Shown in pieces: positions 53,350 to 64,000 of a DNA stretch of 64,000 bases. The DNA lies in NCBI GenBank assembly GCA_964057225.1, contig OZ059900.1, forward strand, positions 558,001-622,000, read 5' to 3'. Below the pieces are notes generated by a model. The model had not been told where the DNA came from. It did not search any database and worked only from the letters and a program-made list of their open reading frames with translations. The DNA is from Auanema rhodensis (taxonomy: Eukaryota; Animalia; Nematoda). Made by a program: the position numbers and the translations under genes. The stretch's first letter is position 1; each line of letters opens with the position of its first letter.

Positions 53350-56300
53350 ACACCATATACTCACCGATTTTTGGTACAAAATCTGTAATACTTGTAAATT
53401 TTGATCATATTCGTTAAGATTCGAGAATCAAACACATAATACACGAAATAAGTCTATTTTTATGAGTTTGCACTGATATTTATTCATTTTGATCAAAAAA
53501 GGTCGAAAATAGAAAGAATTTTTGAAATTTCCGAGTTTTGAGTCCAATTGGGCTAAATCGCTCATATATATGATCAAAAGCATAGTTTTACTGTCTATAA
53601 CAACAAAAGTCATCAATTAAACGCTAGTGATATTTAAATACTGATTTTCGCTCAAGTAGCATTACTACACTAAGTATGGTCGTTTTTATGCCTTTAACAC
53701 CATATACTCACCGATTTTTGGTACAAAATCTGTAATACTTGTAAATTTTGATCATATTTGTTAAGATTCGAGAATCAAACACATAATACACAAAATAAGT
53801 CTATTTTTACAAGTTTGCACTGATATTTATTCATTTTGATCAAAAAAGGTCGAAAATAGAAAGAATTTTTGAAATTTCCGAGTTTTGAGTCCAATTTGGC
53901 TAAATCGCTCATATATATGATCAAAAGCATAGTTTTATTGTCTATAACAACAAAAGTCATCAATTAAACGCTAGTGATGTTTAAATACTGAATTTCGCTC
54001 AAATAGCATTACTACACTAAGTATGGTCGTTTTTATGCCTTTAACACCATATACTCACCGATTTTTGGTACAAAATCTGTAATACTCGTAAATTTTGATC
54101 ATATTCGTTAAGATTTGAGAATCAAACATACAATACACAAAATCAGTCTATTTTTATGAGCTTGCACTGATATATATTCATTTTGATCAAAAAAGGTCGA
54201 AAATAGAAAGAATTTTTGAAATTTCTGAGTTTTGAGTCTAATTTGGCTAAATCGCTCATATATATGATCAGAAGCATAGTTTTATTGTCTATAACAACAA
54301 AAGTCATCAATTAAACGCTAGTGATGTTTAAATACTGAATTTCGCTCAAATAGCATTACTACACTAAGTAAGGTCGTTTTTATGCCTTTAACACCATATA
54401 CTCACCGATTTTTGGTACAAAATCTGTGATACTCGTAAATTTTGATCATATTCGGTGAGATTCGAGAATCAAACACACAATACACGAAATAAGTTTATTT
54501 TGACGAGTTTGCACTGATATTTATTCATTTTGATCAAAAAAGGTCGAAAATAGAAAGAATTTTTGAATTTTCCGAGTTTTGAGTCCAATTGGGCTAAATC
54601 GCTCATATATATGATCAAAAGCATAGTTTTACTGTCTATGATAACAAAAGTCTTCAAATATACACTAATAATGATTAAATCACTGAATTTCACTCAAATA
54701 GCATTACTACACTAAGTAAGGTCGTTTTTATGCCTTTAACACCATATACTCACCGATTTTTGGTACAAAATCTGTGATACTCGTAAATTTTGATCATATT
54801 CGGTGAGATTCGAGAATCGAACACACAATACACGAAATAAGTCTATTTTTACGAGTTTGCACTGATATTTATTCATTTTGATCAAAAAAGGTCGAAAATA
54901 GAAAGAATTTTTGAAATTTCCGAGTTTTGAGTCTAATTTGGCTAAATCGCTCATATATATGATCAAAAGCATAGTTTTATTGTCTATGACAACAAAAGTC
55001 ATCAATTAAACGCTAGTGATGTTTAAATACTGAATTTCGCTCAAATAGCATTACTACACTAAGTATGGTCGTTTTTATGCCTTTAACACCATATACTCAC
55101 CGATTTTTGGTACAAAATCTGTGATACTCGTAAATTTTGATCATATTCGGTGAGATTCGAGAATCGAACACACAATACACGAAATAAGTCTATTTTTACG
55201 AGTTTGCACTGATATTTATTCATTTTGATCAAAAAAGGTCGAAAATAGAAAGAATTTTTGAAATTTCCGAGTTTTGAGTCTAATTTGGCTAAATCGCTCA
55301 TATATATGATCAAAAGCATAGTTTTACTGTCTATGATAACAAAAATCTTCAAATATACACTAATAATGTGTAAATCACTGAATTTCACTCAAATAGCTTT
55401 ACTACACTAAGTATGGTCGTTTTTATGCCTTTAACACCATATACTCACCGATTTTTGGTACAAAATCTGTAATACTCGTAAATTTTGATCATATTCGTTA
55501 AGATTCGAGAATCAAACACACAATACACGAAATAAGTTTATTTTTACGAGTTTGCACTGATATTTATTCATTTTGATCAAAAAAGGTCGAAAATAGAAAG
55601 AATTTTTGAATTTTCCGAGTTTTGAGTCCAATTGGGCTAAATCGCTCATATATATGATCAAAAGCATAGTTTCACTGTCTATGATAACAAAAGTCTTCAA
55701 ATATACACTAGTAATGATTAAATCACTGAATTTCACTCAAATAGCTTTACTACACTAAGTATGGTCGTTTTTATGCCTTTAACACCATATACTCACCGAT
55801 TTTTGGTACAAAATCTGTAATACTCGTAAATTTTGATCATATCCGGTAAGATTCGAGAATCAAACACACAATACACGAAATAAGTTTATTTTTACGAGTT
55901 TGCACTGATATTTATTCATTTTGATCAAAAAAGGTCGAAAATAGAAAGAATTTTTGAATTTTCCGAGTTTTGAGTCCAATTTGGCTAAATCGCTCATATA
56001 TATGATCAAAAGCATAGTTTCACTGTCTATGATGACAAAAGTCTTCAAATATACACTAGTAATGATTAAATCACTGAATTTCACTCAAATAGCATTACTA
56101 CACTAAGTATGGTCGTTTTTATGCCTTTAACACCATATACTCACCGATTTTTGGTACAAAATCTGTAATACTTGTAAATTTTGATCATATTCGTTAAGAT
56201 TTGAGAATCAAACACATAATACACAAAATCAGTCTATTTTTATGAGCTTGCACTGATATATATTCATTTTGATCAAAAAAGGTCGAAAATAGAAAGAATT

Positions 56301-59300
56301 TTTGAAATTTCCGAGTTTTGAGTCTAATTTGGCTAAATCGCTCATATATATGATCAGAAGCATAGTTTTATTGTCTATGACAACAAAAATCATCAATTAA
56401 ACGCTAGTGATGTTTAAATACTGATTTTCGCTCAAATAGCATTACTACACTAAGTATGGTCGTTTTTATGCCTTTAACACCATATACTCACCGATTTTTG
56501 GTACAAAATCTGTAATACTCGTAAAATTTGATCATATTTGTTAAGATTTGAGAATCAAACACACAATACACAAAATCAGTCTATTTTTATGAGTTTACAC
56601 TGATATATATTCATTTTCATCAAAAAAGGTCGAAAATAGAAAGAATTTTTGAATTTTCCGAGTTTTGAGTCGAATTGGGCTAATTCGCTCATATATATGA
56701 TCAAAAGCATAGTTTTACTGTCTATGATAACAAAAGTCTTCAAATATACACTAATAATGATTAAATCACTGAATTTCACTCAAATAGCATTACTACACTA
56801 AGTATGGTCGTTTTTATGCCTTTAACACCATATACTCACCGATTTTTGGTACAAAATCTGTAATACTTGTAAATTTTGATCATATTCGTTAAGATTTGAG
56901 AATCAAACATACAATACACAAAATCAGTCTATTTTTATTAGCATGCACTGATATATATTCATTTTGATCAAAAAAGGTCGAAAATAGAAAGAATTTTTGA
57001 AATTTCCGAGTTTTGAGTCTAATTTGGCTAAATCGCTCATATATATGATCAGAAGCATAGTTTTATTGTCTATGACAACAAAAGTCATCAATTAAACGCT
57101 AGTGATGTTTAAATACTGATTTTCGCTCAAATAGCATTACTACACTAAGTATGTTCGTTTTTATGCCTTTAACACCATATACTCACCGATTTTTGGTACA
57201 AAATCTGTAATACTTGTAAATTTTGATCATATTCGTTAAGATTCGAGAATCAAACACATAATACACGAAATAAGTCTATTTTTATGAGTTTGCACTGATA
57301 TTTATTCATTTTGATCAAAAAAGGTCGAAAATAGAAAGAATTTTTGAAATTTCCGAGTTTTGAGTCCAATTGGGCTAAATCGCTCATATATATGATCAAA
57401 AGCATAGTTTTACTGTCTATAACAACAAAAGTCATCAATTAAACGCTAGTGATATTTAAATACTGATTTTCGCTCAAGTAGCATTACTACACTAAGTATG
57501 GTCGTTTTTATGCCTTTAACACCATATACTCACCGATTTTTGGTACAAAATCTGTAATACTTGTAAATTTTGATCATATTTGTTAAGATTCGAGAATCAA
57601 ACACATAATACACAAAATAAGTCTATTTTTACAAGTTTGCACTGATATTTATTCATTTTGATCAAAAAAGGTCGAAAATAGAAAGAATTTTTGAAATTTC
57701 CGAGTTTTGAGTCCAATTTGGCTAAATCGCTCATATATATGATCAAAAGCATAGTTTTATTGTCTATAACAACAAAAGTCATCAATTAAACGCTAGTGAT
57801 GTTTAAATACTGAATTTCGCTCAAATAGCATTACTACACTAAGTATGGTCGTTTTTATGCCTTTAACACCATATACTCACCGATTTTTGGTACAAAATCT
57901 GTAATACTCGTAAATTTTGATCATATTCGTTAAGATTTGAGAATCAAACATACAATACACAAAATCAGTCTATTTTTATGAGCTTGCACTGATATATATT
58001 CATTTTGATCAAAAAAGGTCGAAAATAGAAAGAATTTTTGAAATTTCTGAGTTTTGAGTCTAATTTGGCTAAATCGCTCATATATATGATCAGAAGCATA
58101 GTTTTATTGTCTATAACAACAAAAGTCATCAATTAAACGCTAGTGATGTTTAAATACTGAATTTCGCTCAAATAGCATTACTACACTAAGTAAGGTCGTT
58201 TTTATGCCTTTAACACCATATACTCACCGATTTTTGGTACAAAATCTGTGATACTCGTAAATTTTGATCATATTCGGTGAGATTCGAGAATCAAACACAC
58301 AATACACGAAATAAGTTTATTTTGACGAGTTTGCACTGATATTTATTCATTTTGATCAAAAAAGGTCGAAAATAGAAAGAATTTTTGAATTTTCCGAGTT
58401 TTGAGTCCAATTGGGCTAAATCGCTCATATATATGATCAAAAGCATAGTTTTACTGTCTATGATAACAAAAGTCTTCAAATATACACTAATAATGATTAA
58501 ATCACTGAATTTCACTCAAATAGCATTACTACACTAAGTAAGGTCGTTTTTATGCCTTTAACACCATATACTCACCGATTTTTGGTACAAAATCTGTGAT
58601 ACTCGTAAATTTTGATCATATTCGGTGAGATTCGAGAATCGAACACACAATACACGAAATAAGTCTATTTTTACGAGTTTGCACTGATATTTATTCATTT
58701 TGATCAAAAAAGGTCGAAAATAGAAAGAATTTTTGAAATTTCCGAGTTTTGAGTCTAATTTGGCTAAATCGCTCATATATATGATCAAAAGCATAGTTTT
58801 ATTGTCTATGACAACAAAAGTCATCAATTAAACGCTAGTGATGTTTAAATACTGAATTTCGCTCAAATAGCATTACTACACTAAGTATGGTCGTTTTTAT
58901 GCCTTTAACACCATATACTCACCGATTTTTGGTACAAAATCTGTGATACTCGTAAATTTTGATCATATTCGGTGAGATTCGAGAATCGAACACACAATAC
59001 ACGAAATAAGTCTATTTTTACGAGTTTGCACTGATATTTATTCATTTTGATCAAAAAAGGTCGAAAATAGAAAGAATTTTTGAAATTTCCGAGTTTTGAG
59101 TCTAATTTGGCTAAATCGCTCATATATATGATCAAAAGCATAGTTTTACTGTCTATGATAACAAAAATCTTCAAATATACACTAATAATGTGTAAATCAC
59201 TGAATTTCACTCAAATAGCTTTACTACACTAAGTATGGTCGTTTTTATGCCTTTAACACCATATACTCACCGATTTTTGGTACAAAATCTGTAATACTCG

Positions 59301-61030
59301 TAAATTTTGATCATATTCGTTAAGATTCGAGAATCAAACACACAATACACGAAATAAGTTTATTTTTACGAGTTTGCACTGATATTTATTCATTTTGATC
59401 AAAAAAGGTCGAAAATAGAAAGAATTTTTGAATTTTCCGAGTTTTGAGTCCAATTGGGCTAAATCGCTCATATATATGATCAAAAGCATAGTTTCACTGT
59501 CTATGATAACAAAAGTCTTCAAATATACACTAGTAATGATTAAATCACTGAATTTCACTCAAATAGCTTTACTACACTAAGTATGGTCGTTTTTATGCCT
59601 TTAACACCATATACTCACCGATTTTTGGTACAAAATCTGTAATACTCGTAAATTTTGATCATATCCGGTAAGATTCGAGAATCAAACACACAATACACGA
59701 AATAAGTTTATTTTTACGAGTTTGCACTGATATTTATTCATTTTGATCAAAAAAGGTCGAAAATAGAAAGAATTTTTGAATTTTCCGAGTTTTGAGTCCA
59801 ATTTGGCTAAATCGCTCATATATATGATCAAAAGCATAGTTTCACTGTCTATGATGACAAAAGTCTTCAAATATACACTAGTAATGATTAAATCACTGAA
59901 TTTCACTCAAATAGCATTACTACACTAAGTATGGTCGTTTTTATGCCTTTAACACCATATACTCACCGATTTTTGGTACAAAATCTGTAATACTTGTAAA
60001 TTTTGATCATATTCGTTAAGATTTGAGAATCAAACACATAATACACAAAATCAGTCTATTTTTATGAGCTTGCACTGATATATATTCATTTTGATCAAAA
60101 AAGGTCGAAAATAGAAAGAATTTTTGAAATTTCCGAGTTTTGAGTCTAATTTGGCTAAATCGCTCATATATATGATCAGAAGCATAGTTTTATTGTCTAT
60201 GACAACAAAAATCATCAATTAAACGCTAGTGATGTTTAAATACTGATTTTCGCTCAAATAGCATTACTACACTAAGTATGGTCGTTTTTATGCCTTTAAC
60301 ACCATATACTCACCGATTTTTGGTACAAAATCTGTAATACTCGTAAAATTTGATCATATTTGTTAAGATTTGAGAATCAAACACACAATACACAAAATCA
60401 GTCTATTTTTATGAGTTTACACTGATATATATTCATTTTCATCAAAAAAGGTCGAAAATAGAAAGAATTTTTGAATTTTCCGAGTTTTGAGTCGAATTGG
60501 GCTAATTCGCTCATATATATGATCAAAAGCATAGTTTTACTGTCTATGATAACAAAAGTCTTCAAATATACACTAATAATGATTAAATCACTGAATTTCA
60601 CTCAAATAGCATTACTACACTAAGTATGGTCGTTTTTATGCCTTTAACACCATATACTCACCGATTTTTGGTACAAAATCTGTAATACTTGTAAATTTTG
60701 ATCATATTCGTTAAGATTTGAGAATCAAACATACAATACACAAAATCAGTCTATTTTTATTAGCATGCACTGATATATATTCATTTTGATCAAAAAAGGT
60801 CGAAAATAGAAAGAATTTTTGAAATTTCCGAGTTTTGAGTCTAATTTGGCTAAATCGCTCATATATATGATCAGAAGCATAGTTTTATTGTCTATGACAA
60901 CAAAAGTCATCAATTAAACGCTAGTGATGTTTAAATACTGATTTTCGCTCAAATAGCATTACTACACTAAGTATGTTCGTTTTTATGCCTTTAACACCAT
61001 ATACTCACCGATTTTTGGTACAAAATCTGT
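53350..61030. repeat. Near-perfect tandem duplication of an 11-monomer (3822-bp) block
   Basis: Eight variant ORFs offset by 3822 with identical translations: 53428/57250 through 56576/60398. Confidence 0.9.
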
Positions 61031-64000
61031 GATACTCGTAAATTTTGATCATATTCGGTGAGATTCGAGAATCAAACACACAATACACGAAATAAGTTTA
61101 TTTTTACGAGTTTGCACTGATATTTATTCATTTTGATCAAAAAAGGTCGAAAATAGAAAGAATTTTTGAAATTTCCGAGTTTTGAGTCTAATTTGGCTAA
61201 ATCGCTCATATATATGATCAAAAGCATAGTTTTATTGTCTATGACAACAAAAGTCATCAATTAAACGCTAGTGATGTTTAAATACTGAATTTCGCTCAAA
61301 TAGCATTACTACACTAAGTATGGTCGTTTTTATGCCTTTAACACCATATACTCACCGATTTTTGGTACAAAATCTGTAATACTCGTAAATTTTGATCATA
61401 TTCGGTGAGATTCGAGAATCAAACACACAATACACGAAATAAGTTTATTTTGACGAGTTTGCACTGATATTTATTCATTTTGATCAAAAAAGGTCGAAAA
61501 TAGAAAGAATTTTTGAAATTTCCGAGTTTTGAGTCTAATTTGGCTAAATCGCTCATATATATGATCAAAAGCATAGTTTTATTGTCTGTGACAACAAAAG
61601 TCATCAATTAAACGCTAGTGATGTTTAAATACTGAATTTCGCTCAAATAGCATTACTACACTAAGTAAGGTCGTTTTTATGCCTTTAACACCATATACTC
61701 ACCGATTTTTGGTACAAAATCTGTGATACTCGTAAATTTTGATCATATTCGGTGAGATTCGAGAATCAAACACACAATACACGAAATAAGTTTATTTTGA
61801 CGAGTTTGCACTGATATTTATTCATTTTGATCAAAAAAGGTCGAAAATAGAAAGAATTTTTGAATTTTCCGAGTTTTGAGTCCAATTGGGCTAAATCGCT
61901 CATATATATGATCAAAAGCATAGTTTTACTGTCTATGATAACAAAAGTCTTCAAATATACACTAATAATGATTAAATCACTGAATTTCACTCAAATAGCA
62001 TTACTACACTAAGTAAGGTCGTTTTTATGCCTTTAACACCATATACTCACCGATTTTTGGTACAAAATCTGTAATACTTGTAAATTTTGATCATATTCGT
62101 TAAGATTTGAGAATCAAACATACAATACACAAAATCAGTCTATTTTTATTAGCATGCACTGATATATATTCATTTTGATCAAAAAAGGTCGAAAATAGAA
62201 AGAATTTTTGAATTTTCCGAGTTTTGAGTCCAATTGGGCTAAATCGCTCATATATATGATCAAAAGCATAGTTTTACTGTCTATGATAACAAAAGTCATC
62301 AATTAAACGCTAGTGATGTTTAAATACTGATTTTCGCTCAAATAGCATTACTACACTAAGTATGTTCGTTTTTATGCCTTTAACACCATATACTCACCGA
62401 TTTTTGGTACAAAATCTGTGATACTCGTAAATTTTGATCATATTCGGTGAGATTCGAGAATCAAACACACAATACACGAAATAAGTTTATTTTTACGAGT
62501 TTGCACTGATATTTATTCATTTTGATCAAAAAAGGTCGAAAATAGAAAGAATTTTTGAAATTTCCGAGTTTTGAGTCTAATTTGGCTAAATCGCTCATAT
62601 ATATGATCAAAAGCATAGTTTTATTGTCTATGACAACAAAAGTCATCAATTAAACGCTAGTGATGTTTAAATACTGAATTTCGCTCAAATAGCATTACTA
62701 CACTAAGTATGGTCGTTTTTATGCCTTTAACACCATATACTCACCGATTTTTGGTACAAAATCTGTAATACTCGTAAATTTTGATCATATTCGGTGAGAT
62801 TCGAGAATCAAACACACAATACACGAAATAAGTTTATTTTGACGAGTTTGCACTGATATTTATTCATTTTGATCAAAAAAGGTCGAAAATAGAAAGAATT
62901 TTTGAAATTTCCGAGTTTTGAGTCTAATTTGGCTAAATCGCTCATATATATGATCAAAAGCATAGTTTTATTGTCTGTGACAACAAAAGTCATCAATTAA
63001 ACGCTAGTGATGTTTAAATACTGAATTTCGCTCAAATAGCATTACTACACTAAGTAAGGTCGTTTTTATGCCTTTAACACCATATACTCACCGATTTTTG
63101 GTACAAAATCTGTGATACTCGTAAATTTTGATCATATTCGGTGAGATTCGAGAATCAAACACACAATACACGAAATAAGTTTATTTTGACGAGTTTGCAC
63201 TGATATTTATTCACTTTGATCAAAAAAGGTCGAAAATAGAAAGAATTTTTGAATTTTCCGAGTTTTGAGTCCAATTGGGCTAAATCGCTCATATATATGA
63301 TCAAAAGCATAGTTTTACTGTCTATGATAACAAAAGTCTTCAAATATACACTAATAATGATTAAATCACTGAATTTCACTCAAATAGCATTACTACACTA
63401 AGTAAGGTCGTTTTTATGCCTTTAACACCATATACTCACCGATTTTTGGTACAAAATCTGTAATACTTGTAAATTTTGATCATATTCGTTAAGATTTGAG
63501 AATCAAACATACAATACACAAAATCAGTCTATTTTTATTAGCATGCACTGATATATATTCATTTTGATCAAAAAAGGTCGAAAATAGAAAGAATTTTTGA
63601 ATTTTCCGAGTTTTGAGTCCAATTGGGCTAAATCGCTCATATATATGATCAAAAGCATAGTTTTACTGTCTATGATAACAAAAGTCATCAATTAAACGCT
63701 AGTGATGTTTAAATACTGATTTTCGCTCAAATAGCATTACTACACTAAGTATGTTCGTTTTTATGCCTTTAACACCATATACTCACCGATTTTTGGTACA
63801 AAATCTGTGATACTCGTAAATTTTGATCATATTCGGTGAGATTCGAGAATCAAACACACAATACACGAAATAAGTTTATTTTTACGAGTTTGCACTGATA
63901 TTTATTCATTTTGATCAAAAAAGGTCGAAAATAGAAAGAATTTTTGAAATTTCCGAGTTTTGAGTCTAATTTGGCTAAATCGCTCATATATATGATCAAA
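60910..64000. repeat. 4-monomer (1389-bp) higher-order repeat, >2 copies, running off the window
   Basis: 61072/62461, 61419/62808 (shared private GTCTGTGAC variant), 61766/63155. Confidence 0.88.

Larger units (their letters stand above)
27522..64000. repeat. Tandem satellite DNA array, 347/348-bp monomer (right arm, ~105 copies, truncated by window end)
   Basis: Same monomer and orientation as the left arm. It resumes in register after the transposon: the phase shift across the element is 1305 bp = 1303-bp element + 2-bp TSD. Confidence 0.99.

Noticed and set aside
53-63379. Over 100 repeated 62-101 aa minus-strand ORFs (MMTFVVID.../MKFSDL...) as a tandem gene family
   Set aside because: They are translations of the satellite. 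Annotated starts are TTG/GTG, the stop and start positions toggle with single variants, many monomers lack the ORF, the I/K/F/L-rich composition reflects AT content, and no domain is recognisable.
1-64000. CRISPR array or cassette array (e.g. integron-like)
   Set aside because: There are no unique spacers or cassettes; the whole monomer is repeated, and there are no cas or integrase genes.

Overview
Eukaryotic heterochromatin-type sequence with no host genes. The window is one head-to-tail, AT-rich tandem satellite array with a 347/348-bp monomer (about 180 copies, one orientation, continuing past both window edges). It is interrupted once, at 26219-27521, by an intact 1303-bp Tc1/mariner-superfamily transposon of the DD37D (maT) family. 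The transposon has 26-bp perfect TIRs, a TA target-site duplication and an uninterrupted 346-aa transposase. It sits in the exact centre of a 12-bp palindrome, TCATATATATGA, which is present in nearly every monomer. The monomer looks like an old diverged dimer of ~169 + ~179 bp and is rich in short dyads. The array is built from mosaic, largely biallelic monomer variants arranged in locally changing higher-order repeats (11-, 5-, 6-, 19-, 11- and 4-mers). The many short minus-strand ORFs are satellite artefacts. The transposase and its promoter/polyA-like motifs suggest an invertebrate, possibly nematode, host (inference only). All alignments were made by eye.
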